A DNA stretch of 58,122 bases, counting the filler, from Jimgerdemannia flammicorona (Eukaryota), in assembly GCA_003990765.1 (NCBI GenBank). It is 3 parts of 3 records of this genome, joined end to end, with 100 filler letters (N's around TTAATTAATTAA, not from the genome) between each part and the next. Parts side by side here need not be neighbours in the genome. Positions count along the whole stretch, not along the records: positions 19,410 to 38,716 come from RBNJ01001973.1; 2 more parts are not named here. The stretch is one strand, 5' to 3'. The notes under the pieces are model-generated. The model made no database searches, was not told the origin of the DNA, and worked only from the letters and a program-made list of their open reading frames with translations. Below, piece after piece: positions 27,024-38,292 of the stretch (position 1 is the stretch's first letter; each line of letters opens with the position of its first letter). Position numbers and translations under genes: made by a program.

Positions 27024-29938
27024 GATATGGGGTAGATTGAAAGAAGGAGCTAGAGATGGACTGGTTGTGGGCTCTGTTTACCTTCCAGTAGTTGGCAGAG
27101 AGCAAAACCAATGGGTAGAGGGCTGGCTGGCTTGGGGAGACCAAGAGGAGATTGGGCTGGACATTCTGCAGGGAGACTTTAATATAGTGCATGACAGGAC
27201 ATTGGATAGGTCCAATGGTGGAGTTGGAGTGGCTGTCTCAGCAGAGCTTTCACATTGGCTTCAGGTTGTGAGAGATATGAGATTGGTTGATGGTATCAGG
27301 TAGTATCAGAGGGAGAAGCTGGGGTACTTCACTAAGTGGCACCCAATTGGTGAAGATCTGGTGGGAATAAGGATTGATTGGATTCTGGTAGTAGAATGTT
27401 GGAGCAATATACTGAACATAGTGGAGGTATAGTAGTGTCTTTTTTTTTTTATAGTAGGTATAGTAGTGTCCTTGGTCAGATCACTGGAAGTATAGATGTA
27501 TGGAAGATTTCAGGCAGTTGATAGGGGTAGAGGTTACTGGCAATTTAATGTGGCTCTACTCAGAAGGCAGATAGAGTAGGAATAATTTGTGGCAATTGTA
27601 TGGCAGAAAGTGATACAGTGGAAGGATGATAGATAGCCAATAGAGTAGTAGTGGGATAAATTTAAACATTTGGCAGGTGCCTATTGGTATAATATTGGAG
27701 AAGTAGCTGGAATAGAGCAGAAGGATAAAGAGAGGAGAGTCAAGTGAGAGCTATGATGGTAGTTGAGGTTGTTGGAAGGAGAGAACTTATCAGAAGAGAG
27801 ATGCTTCCAGTTGGCCATAGAGATGACTGAGTTGAAGTTGGATCTAAAGGTAGCTGAGAATAGGGTGGTAGATGGTCTGCTGGTGAGGCCTATAGGCAAG
27901 GTGGTTGGAAGAAAGAGAGTGGCCTATCAAATATTTATCAAGTATATTGAAGGCTAGGAGGATGTGATACAGCTGGGTTTCAGTGCTGTGAGAGGATGGT
28001 ATTGAGGTTACTGAAATTTCTGATATGCTTAGAGAGGTCTCTGAACAATGGCAAGCTCTCTGGCAGAATGAAAGAGAGCTTATGGGGGGAGAGATCTTAC
28101 AGGAGGATAATGATAATTTGGTTAGCAGTTGACCAGTGGTAGCAGTACCCAAGATAGGTGGGGCTATGATGGATATAGTGGTTCTTGAAGAGGTGTAAGA
28201 GGTGCTGAGGAATGTGCAGGCTGGTTTATCACCTGGGGAAGATACACAAGCTACCTTGGGAATTCTGAAAGGAGTTCTGGGTTGAGTTTGGAAGATGGTT
28301 GGTAGAAATGGTAAACTTTGTTCTAAGAGAAGGCTGCTAGATTGGTAATAGTTTCTTAGGATTGGTCTCTCTACTGTATAAGGAGAAAGAGAATTAGTCT
28401 ATAGTGGAACTAGTGACCTATCATGTTACTGAATGTGGACAGGAAGTTGGTATCAAAAATTCTAGCTGGGAGAATGTAGCAGTGGATTGGCCAATTGGTA
28501 GGTGAGGACCAGTGAGGCTTCATAAAGGAGAGGCAAATTAGAGACAGTACTACTTGGGTGCAGAATATCTTAGAGGGCTGTAGGAGTTGGTGAGTTGATG
28601 GGTAGATGGTCTTCTTGGATCAAGAAAAAACATATAACAGGGTTTAGTGGAACTATTTGGAGGCAGTATTGCAGAAGGTAGGGTTTAGTGTAGTGGATGC
28701 TTGAAGATTGATAGGCCTGGTGCAAGGCTGCCAAGTAGTGGTACTGATGAATAGGTGGTGTGGCCCAGAGTTTGTCTTAGAAAGAGGTGTGCTACAGGGG
28801 GATCCTCTTTCTCCCCTGCTTTATATTTTATCCTTAGAGCCTTTGTTGGCTTGGCTGAAGGGGTAATTGACTGGATTACATATAGGAGATGTGGTCTGGA
28901 AGTTGGGAGGCTTTTGCTGATAATATAGTGGTTAGACTAGATTGTATGGAGGATATGGAAAGACTGTAGGAAGGGATTGGACAGTATGAGAGGCTGGCAG
29001 GAGTAAAGTTAAATTGGGGCAAGTGTGAGACGATGGAGCTTAGAGCTGGTTTGGAGGAGAATGGGCATTTTGGACAAATGGTGGCCATAGGAGAAGTAGT
29101 TCAATATTTGAGTATCTGGTTTTCAGTGTATGGGACAGTGCTGCCAAAGGAGTGGTGGTGTGGTATGATACAGAAGTGGGAGGGTGCTTTGATGGATTAG
29201 TCAGAGAGGAGTTTCTCCTTGGGGGAAAGAGTTGTAGTTTTGAATGTATACTGATTGCCTAAGTTGTAATATTTGAGATACCATCTGGATTTTTCAGGAT
29301 AAATAGTGTAGAGGCTGAAGAAGGTGGTGGAAGAATGGCTGTGGCAAGGAAGGTGGCTGCAGATTAGTTGGGAGATAGTGGTGCTGTAGATAGGAGATAG
29401 AGGTCAGGGGCTGGTGGACTTCAGGAGACAGTTGAAGATATTCTGGGGTTGGTGGGATTGTTGATTAGCTGAACTAGGAGTGGATGGTTTGGGCAGACTG
29501 GCTATAGACAATTGGGAGGTCAGATTCTGTCCCTGTAGTGAGGCTTGGAAGAATATATGAGATTTTCTTCAGGTGGGAAGAGTCAGCAGATTGCAGTATA
29601 ATGGGTTCTGGTGAAGCATTGTAGAGGTCTGGCTGGCAATGGGATTAAAAGGACTGGAGCTAGGAGAGGAGGAGAATCCAGAGCAGAGATGGTGGTGACT
29701 AGAGAACCTTTGTATTGGTGGGTACTAGCTAGCAGAGTACTCTCTATCTGAGGCAATGGAATGGATCAGGATAGGCCCACTTGAGAGGTGGCCAGTGGGT
29801 TGGCAGAAGGCTGGGTTCAGTAAAGATTGGGAGTGGAGTCAGGTCTAGAGTTGGGGGGCTTTCTTGCTCAAGGCTATACTGCTTAAGTATTGGGTTGTGT
29901 GGTGGCAATTCTTGAGAAAGAATGTGATGCTGGACTAC
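27024..29938 (+). mobile_element. L1/Tx1-like LINE ORF2 pseudogene (same family as 19909-22715), interrupted by the Gypsy element
   Basis: VGSVYLP, GDFN, RIDW, WSDH, LDQEKTY, GVLQGDPLSP, FADN, YLSI; many stops. Confidence 0.92.
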
Positions 29939-30731
29939 TGTAATAGAGCAAACAGATGGGACACAATGAACGACGAGCGATCACGTGACCCAGCGATGAT
30001 GTCATCATATGATCAAGCATGGCATATAAATAATGATACAAATGAATAATGCTGAAAATGATATTTAACTTATCCCTGACAACTGGTGCTGCAGCAACAG
30101 TTACCACAGCTGCTGATCATTGCCTAGTAATTGAGGTCCTGATCATAAATATATTCTTTACCAAAAACCACCTGACAAAGGTCGCGATCACAAACCTCAT
30201 TATAGTTACCAAATTAGTCACTCATACTTAGTCAGAAATTACAGACCAACTTGTATAAATACCTCCCAGTTTCTATCCGAAATAAAGCAGTTTTAGTTCA
30301 GTCCTTGATACAAGAATCAAGTCCCCCCCACACACACACATTCCCCTGAGTCTTAGTAATGACACCTAAGTGACTCTAGTGTTTCTGACTAAACTCCAGA
30401 AGTCTAGCTAACTTCTGCCAGAACTGAGACCGATATATAAATCACAAAGACTTAAGTAAACCCATTGAACCTGAATTCCAAGACGAATTCAGTCTGTGCA
30501 CAGCAAAGAACAAGACCCTCAAAATAGGGCACAAGAGAAAGATCTTTGAAAGATAAGATACATAAGAGAAAGACCTTTGAAAGATAAGGCACTGCCACTA
30601 CAACTACTTAAAGTGAGCACTTCCTCAACTGAAGGCTTCTTGGTACACATTGTGTACTAAGTCCCTAAGTAATAGTCCACTTCCCTAATTATTCAAAGGA
30701 TAAGAGAGGGGTAGAAGTGAGAGTTATTACA
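29939..30731 (+). repeat. 5' LTR (793 bp)
   Basis: TGTAAT...ATTACA termini; TATA at ~30253 and AATAAA at ~30281; matches 38293-39302. Confidence 0.97.
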
Positions 30732-30734
30732 ACT

Positions 30735-30748
30735 TGGTAGCAGCGGAT
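30735..30748 (+). promoter_or_regulatory. Primer binding site, initiator tRNA-Met-like
   Basis: TGGTAGCAGCGGAT after a 3-nt spacer downstream of the LTR; close to the complement of eukaryotic tRNAiMet 3' ends. Confidence 0.85.
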
Positions 30749-30829
30749 TACCAGCCAAGAAGGCACCAAAGAACACACTCCTGAAGTTGGAACAAGACCA
30801 ACCTTGGACAGGAGTAACCCCCAGAAACA

Positions 30830-33800
30830 ACTGTGAATCCTCAAACTAGAGCCAGAGAAGCCCTTGCCATTAGGACCAGGTGGTACCAGGAAACCACAGA
30901 TACAGAGACCCACCAGCTTATAATTGACCAGGCTTACAAGGATCTATACTAGGTCTTTAGGACATACCACCCAGGACTTAGGAATATTGTCAGCTGCCAT
31001 AGGTTCTACGAACTCCTCCGAGGATACATTGGAACCACTAGGACCCCAGAGTCTACTGCTATAGCCACCCAGGATTTTTTAGATTATATCTCACCCCCTG
31101 CTGCAAAAGAAGCAGCTGCCGAGTAGATTACCTCTGACAGATATCATCATACCCCAACCAAGACCTCCCTCTACTATAGACTAGTTGTATACTATGCCTC
31201 TGCCATAACTAGGTATGAGAACGAGTAAGCAGGCCACCCATCCCCTACTGCTGAACAAGGAGCAGGTCCATCTACCCAGCCAGAGACTGATATCCTCTTT
31301 GAAGGACCTAGTCAGTATGAGGACGTGCTATCTCATCAGGGAAGGGAGTCAGATGAAGACTCTACAGGTTACCAGTCTGACAATAGCCAACAAGGAACAG
31401 TAGGCCTAGGAATTTACCAAGGAACCACAGGTCAAGAAGATCAGACCCCAGAACCAACCCAGCCACCTATACAGAGATTTGGTTTACCCTCTCTCACAGG
31501 ACTCTTTGACTTAATATCCAGAAATCAAGTAACCCCAAGTCATACAGCACCACAACCCCACTAAGCAGAACAATCTTCAGGAGAATCTACCCCAACAGGC
31601 CCACCACCACTAGTCAATATAATGGTAGATGTCAATATTGCAGCACTAACTACCCAGCTAGCAGCACTAGCAGGGATAGTAGGAGAAATTGCTGAACAGA
31701 ACAAATCAACCAAGACCTTGTGAATCCCAACATTCAGTGGAAAAAACAGCGACATTAAAAACTTCATCAATGCAGTTGACATAGGCTACCGAGCAAACCA
31801 ATGGAATGACAACTGAGTACCTATAGGAATGCTTGCCAATAACCAGAACAGTACCCTCCAACAACTGTTTGCCACATCAGCAGCACAAGTAGAAACAGTA
31901 GCCACATTCTTCACTAGAACAGCAGCCAAATTCTGGCGAACCTTGGAACAACACCCAGTAACCTGAGAAGCCCACCCTCAAGTCAATGGACAAGTATCTG
32001 GCATCAATAGACCAGGTTGGGATGACTACGAAGCAGGCCCAGAACTCAAGGCCTTGCTACTGACCAAATTCCGAAATGTGGCCTACATATAAGAAACTTG
32101 GAACAAACTGTCCCACAAGAATGGCGAAGAAGATCTAGAGACCTTTGCCACCAGAATAGATGCCTATCTCAAAACTGTTGGACTTACTTACCAGGAGAAC
32201 AATTTGGCCATCAATGGTACCAGAGCCAACCATCTCTTTGCAGCCCTACCAGACTGGCTCACCCAGAAGATCAAGGAACAAGGTCTTCCCCAAGGATGTC
32301 CCCACTACTCATGGTGCTTTGCTCAAGTACAAAGAAGAGCCCGCAAAATCCTTGCTGCATAAGCTCCATGAAATCAAGAACACAAGAAGGATAGCCAAGA
32401 CAGGAGAAATTCCACCAGAAGAAATGATCAAAGGAATGATCAAAGATATGTATGATCAAAGGTATGATCAAAGGAACCAGTGAAATCCCAGAGGACCCAG
32501 ACCTCCCACTGAGGATGAGAAGAAGCAGCTCCATGAAAAAGGATTGTGCTTCATCTGCAAGAAGGCAGGACACATCTCAGTCAAATGTTCTGAGAAGAGA
32601 AACAGATCAGGTGAACCCAGTAACCAGAACATTACTGTCATCGGAGAAGGTCCAGGAAAGAAGAACCCTGAGAATGTCATCAAAGTACAGAAGATATGGT
32701 ACAAGGCTACTATCCCCACTAAGGCCCACCCAACTGATGCTGGTTATGACCTCTACAGCAGTCAAGACCTCACTATTCCACCAAGTACCAATGCTACAGT
32801 GTGAACAGGAATTGCAATGCAAGCTCCCAGAGGCACATACATCCGCCTTGCCAAGCGAAGCAGCCTAGCCAAAGAGTTCAACATTGGGCTAGAAGGAGGA
32901 GTAGTTGACCAAGGGTTTACTGGAGAAATCCATATCATCTTGCGAAATTTTGGAGACACATCATTTGAAGTCAAAACAGGCCAAAGGATTGCCCAAGCAA
33001 TCATTGAAGAAATCTATCAAGATCTCACCATTGAAGAAGTCCCCAAACTCTCCCAGACAGACTGCAGCAAGAAAGGGTTTGGATCAACCAACAAACCTCC
33101 CAGTCAGAAGGTCACTACTATGGAGGAAGATGATGAAAACTGGTACAAGAGAATTGCAGATGGTTATGCACCATGTGGACGATGCCCTCATTCTATTCGA
33201 ATGTACTGCATGGAATATATTAGTGAATGCCATACATGCCTCTTCAAGGTTTTCAAAATCAACTCTGAAAGAAACCAAGCTCCACAGACTGAGGAACCCA
33301 AACAAGACAACCCTCCTTGTGAAGAATGGGGAGAAACTGACTTCGAGGAGACTGACAGCAATTGGGACAACAATGAGAATGATGAGCTCAACACCATCAA
33401 GAAGGAGGACAGTTGCATCAAGTTCACAGGCCAAATCCACAGACAGAATATCAATGTCTTGCTTGATAGTGGTGATACTGGAAGCTACATCAGCACTAAG
33501 ACCACCAAGAGGATTGGAGCCCAAAGCAGACCAACTACTGAGAAAAGAAGTATTACCTTTGGTGATGGAAAGACTGCGCCATTGACTAAGATCTGTGAAG
33601 ATCTATTGCTCAAGATTGGCAAATATCAAGAGAAGTTGGACTTCAGCATTGTAGATCTTCCAGGACAGGACATCATCCTAGGAAAAGCCTGGTTGACCCA
33701 GCACAACCCAGATATCAACTGGAGGACCAATGAGGTTAACCTGACCCACGAAGGCAGAAAGATCACCCTGACACCCCAGGAAGATACCAACCACCAGGGA

Positions 33801-36800
33801 ATTGAAATCATCTCTGCCATTCAAATGAAGAGACTCTCTCAAAAAAAGGGAAACACCTACTTCATCTGTACAGTACAAGAAGTCACTGAAGCTACAAGTA
33901 GCCCAATTCCAACAGAAGCTCAAGAACTGTTTGAAGAATTCCAAGATGTATTCTAAGACCCCCAAGGACTTCCACCCAAGTGCCAAATCCAACATGGAAT
34001 TGATCTTATTCCAGGATCTAAACCCCCATACAAGAGTATCTACCAACTGGCCCAACCTGAGCTCAAGACCCTCAAGGATGAATTGACCAAACTACTGGCC
34101 CAAGGATACATTGAACCCAGCCACTCTCCATTTGGAGCCCCCATTCTATTTGTCAAGAAGAAAGATGGCTCTCTGCGAATATGTATTGACTACAGAGCTC
34201 TCAACAAGATCACTATCAAGAACCAGTATGCCTTACCTAGGATTGATGAGTTGCTACACCAAATCTTCAAGGCCAAGACCTTTTCCCTACTGGATTTGCG
34301 AAATGGCTACCACCAGATTCTCATTGATGAGAAGGACATTGAAAAGACAGCTTTCTGAACATGGTTTGGATACTACCAGTTTCGAGTCATGCCTTTTGGA
34401 TTGACCAATGCACCAGCAACATTCCAGTATCTGATGAATGACATCTTTGGACCACTCCTCAACATCTGTGTCCTTGTGTATATCGATGATATACTAATCT
34501 ACAGTGAGACAGTAGAGTTACACTACACCCACCTCAGACAAGTACTGACCCTCCTGCGAGAACACCAGCTCTATGCCAAGATGAGCAAGTGTAAGTTCTA
34601 TCAAGACCAGATTGAGTACTTAGGACACATCATCTCTGCTGAAGGTATCAATGTGGACCCCCGAAAGGTATCAGCTCTCAAGGATATCCCTATCCCTACT
34701 ACCCTCAAGCTACTCCAGCACTTTCTGGGTATTGCCAGTTATTACCAAAGGTTTATCCAAGGATACTCTGCTATTGTAGCCCCACTGACCAGCCTGGCCC
34801 ACAAAGGAGTGAACATCAAAGCTGAATGGACCCCCGAATGCACCCTGGCTATAGACCATCTCAAGAGACTTCTTACTGAGGCCCCAGTGCTGATTGCACC
34901 TGACCCTACCAGACCATTCACCCTGACCACAGATGTCTCTGATATTGCTATTGGAGCAGTACTCAGCCAAGAAGACTGCCCAGTGGCCTACCTTTCCCAG
35001 AAGCTCAAGCTAGCTGAGACCCGATATACCACCCATGAGAAGGAACTCTTGGCTATTGTCACTGCACTCCAGGAATGGTGCCATTTCCTCCTAGGACAGC
35101 CATTTATGGCCTACACTGATCACCATACACTGTGGTATATTCACACACAGCCTATGCTGACCCACAGACAAGCCTGCTAGATGAAAATCATTGCCAATTT
35201 TGATATGGAAATCAAGTATATCTCAGGCAAAACCAACTGTGTGGCTGATGGTTTCTCCAGGTACATGGAAGATGAACTTGTCTTCATAGTCGAGGTAATT
35301 GGAGATCTCACCCAGATGATCAAGGAAGGCTACCAGCAAGACAGCCCCCTGACGAAATTCCTTCAATTCTGCCAAGACCCAGAGGCCGAGGTTCCAGAAC
35401 CCATGAGGCAAATGGCCAAGAGATTCACTTACCATAATGGACTTATCTACAGAGACCATAACAGAGTAGTTGTACCCAACAATGATACTCTGTGACTCAA
35501 GATCATGCAGGAACTCCATGATACTCCTGCAGCAGGACACTTTGGTTTTGAAAAGACCTACAACCTCCTCTCAAGAGAGTTCTATTGGCCAAAGATGACC
35601 AAGGATATCAAAGACTTTGTGGCCTCATGCGAGATGTGCCAAAGGTTCAAAAGTGGTAACAAGCTACCAGCAGGACTCCTGCAACCCTTGCCTATCCCGA
35701 GTCACAATTGAGATCAGATTGCAATAGACTTCATTGTCCAACTCCCCAAGACCAAGGCAGGATGGGATGCCATTGTGGTATTCGTGGACCACCTAAGTAA
35801 ACAAGCCCATTTTGCACCAACCAAGACCACCACTACAGCACCAGAGATTGCTGAGATCTTTCTCAACCAAGTATTCAGGCTATATGGCATGCCTAGCACT
35901 ATTGTATCTGACTGAGATACCAAGTTCACAAGCAACTTCTGGAAGGCATTTTTCTCCCTCCATGGAACCAAGCTGAAGTTCTCTACTGCCTACCACCCTC
36001 AGACTGATGGTCAAACTGAACAAACCAACAGGACTCTCAAACAGATGCTTAGCATCTTCTGCTGTTACAAACAAAATGATTGGGACAAGTACCTAGCCCA
36101 CACCAAGTTTGCCTACAATAATAGTCAGCAAACCTCTACAAAGAAGACCCCATTCTTCCTGAACCACAGTCAACACCCAAGGACCCCAAGTACCACTGCG
36201 AAATCAGCAGTCCCAGCAGCCCAAGATCTGGCCGAGACTATTTCTGACCTTACCCAAATGACAAGAGATACTCTCATAGAAGCACAAGACTATCAGACCA
36301 AGTATGTGAACTTGAAGCAAAGAGAAGCCTCCTATAATATTGGTGACATGGTCATTCTTAGAACAGACCACCTCCACCCAGATACCCTAGCACAACAACC
36401 AGCCAAGAAACTCCGTGCTAGAAGAATTGGACCATACAAGATCATGGAAAAAATCAGCGAAGTCAACTACAAGTTGCAACTTCTCCACAATATCCAAGTA
36501 CACTCAGTATTCCATATTAGCCAATTGGTGGACTACCATGAAAACCCATTCCCCAAGCATACAGTTCCACCACTACCCCCAATTAGGATCAATGATCATG
36601 AGGAATTCGAAATTGAGGAAGTACTTGACCACAAGGTCCACAAATATCCCAAAACAGTCAAGCGGTTTTTCCTGATCAAGTGGAAGGGTTACCCCACCCA
36701 TGATGCCACCTGGGAAAAAGAAGAAGCCCTGAAGAATGCACGCAAAGCCCTTCAGGACTACATGAAAACACTCACTCCCCAGCAAAGGAAGGAACTACAG

Positions 36801-36806
36801 CTCTAA
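30830..36806 (+). pseudogene. Gag-dUTPase-Pol polyprotein pseudogene
   Basis: N-terminal extension, Gag core from 31622 (IPTFSG), knuckle CFICKKAGHISVKC, dUTPase, PR LLDSG, RT YIDD, RH TTDVSD, IN HDTPAAGH..CEMC plus DDE core, GPY motif, chromodomain FLIKWKGY..DATWE. One frameshift at ~32450; the internal stops are consistent with C>T/G>A transitions. Confidence 0.95.
32679..33089 (+). pseudogene. dut: Trimeric dUTPase domain within the polyprotein
   Basis: Motifs AGYDL, RSSL, GVVDQGFTGEI, GQRIAQ and KGFGST; one probable CGA>TGA stop at 32802. Confidence 0.95.
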
Positions 36807-37377
36807 GTATTGGAGTGCATAGTGAGCAGAAGGATATTATATATTTTATCCAGAAATATATAATACTGAACATTGTGAAAAAAGGAACACTATGGATACC
36901 CAATAAGAAGATACCTGAGCAAAAGAACAATCTAGTACAGTATAGCAAAATGCATTTGAACAACTCCATTTCATACCATCTGTGTCATCTCTGCTGGATG
37001 ATGACGGATACTTCATATAGAACTTAGGAAAACCAACAATGTCGAAACCAGTCTAAGCCCATCCACATGACAGATATTGTTACTAGAAATTACCTCGGAT
37101 TATAAGAAAAGTCTATTTCTGAGAGGTTCAAACCCCCAGCTGCGACAATGGGAGCCCTCACCCTAGACAAGGATGGCCAGTCCTCGCAAATGTGCCAACC
37201 AGACAAAAAAAAAGTGGACCAAGACCTGTTAACTCTGTGTAACCACAACTACAAGTGACGAGAGCTTTGAAATCAGGATTTTCTCATGTGACCAGTATAT
37301 GCCCCGCTTACAGCAACAGGTCATACATTTTGCCAGAAAGCATGACCACAGGAAGGTCACATCAGATGGGTGAATAA

Positions 37378-37389
37378 GTATAAATACCC
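37378..37389 (+). promoter_or_regulatory. Putative internal TATA promoter for the accessory ORF
   Basis: GTATAAATACCC, identical to the LTR TATA context at ~38607, about 70 nt upstream of ATG 37451. Confidence 0.65.
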
Positions 37390-37450
37390 TAGGCAAGAAT
37401 ACCCTACAACTCTCATCCCCCTCTCCTCACAAAGAAAGGACAAGATAAGA

Positions 37451-38281
37451 ATGCCTGCCACCCACCGCCAAACTGCCCACCATAGCTAGCCCCCCCCTCT
37501 CAAGCCAGGTTGACCGCCTCTTTGGACACATCTAGGTTGCTATCCAAGGAAGGAACCACCACTCAGAGGCCCTTAACCTCTCTAGCCCAGACCTAGGACA
37601 GTATATCCTTGACCACTGTGAACTTATCGAAAGAACCTACCTTGCTACCAGCCACCTAGAAATCTGGCACAAATATGAAATCGGTCACCAGCTCCTCTAA
37701 TATACAAATGGCCTACCCACAGACCAGGTCTCTGACTGGACTCACCTAGACAGGCACGAGCAAAGACTTGCCAAGAAGGTCCATCAAATCATGCGCCATG
37801 CCCCCTTCGCGATCCCCAACCTCAACTACATACAACTAAAGGACTTCCAGAACCTCTCTTTCCCTGAGGTTGATGTCTAGAAGTCAAGGTCACCCAAGAA
37901 GCCAACTCCTGGATTGCCCTCAAGTCTACTGACATCGAGTCTCACTGGAGCCCCCTCCTGAATGACAACTCTGACCAATGGCTCCAAGGCCTCTCTGACC
38001 TCTTTGAAGGACCACCCATCCGAATGGATATCCCCAGGCATGAGGACCAAGAACCCTACTTGGATGGCCCCAACTGCATCCGATGGAGAACTCCTACACC
38101 AGCACCTATCTTAATGCAAGAACCATTTGCAGACCTCATTGACTTCTCTGTCCTGGACAGCGAGCCACCAGTAACCACCCCCCCTGCCCCTGAAGAAGAT
38201 GATAACAACCCTGAGAAGAATTCCCCACCTTTCTCTCCCCTGGTTCTCAATTTTTCAATCAATGAGGATGTTGATTTCTAA
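37451..38281 (+). pseudogene. Uncharacterised accessory protein (ORF3, ~276 codons)
   Basis: MPATH...DRLFGHI...WHKYEIGHQL...LAKKVHQIMRHAPFAIPNLNYIQLKDFQNLSF...FADLIDFS...PLVLNF. Two compensating frameshifts (C run at 37490; ~37877). Full-length homology to 46080-46907. Confidence 0.85.
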
Positions 38282-38292
38282 GGGGGGAAGAA
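38280..38292 (+). promoter_or_regulatory. Polypurine tract
   Basis: AAGGGGGGAAGAA directly before the TGTAAT of the 3' LTR. Confidence 0.92.

Noticed and set aside
29864..30231. Small ORFs repeated in the family A LTRs
   Set aside because: They recur only because the LTR is repeated; their boundaries differ between copies and there is no homolog in other families.
32802..35915. Alternative genetic code or stop readthrough in pol
   Set aside because: The stops fall at Arg, Gln and Trp positions and involve all three stop codons, as expected from C>T/G>A mutation.
37451..38281. env gene, given its position after pol
   Set aside because: No signal peptide, transmembrane segment or furin site in the reconstructed protein.
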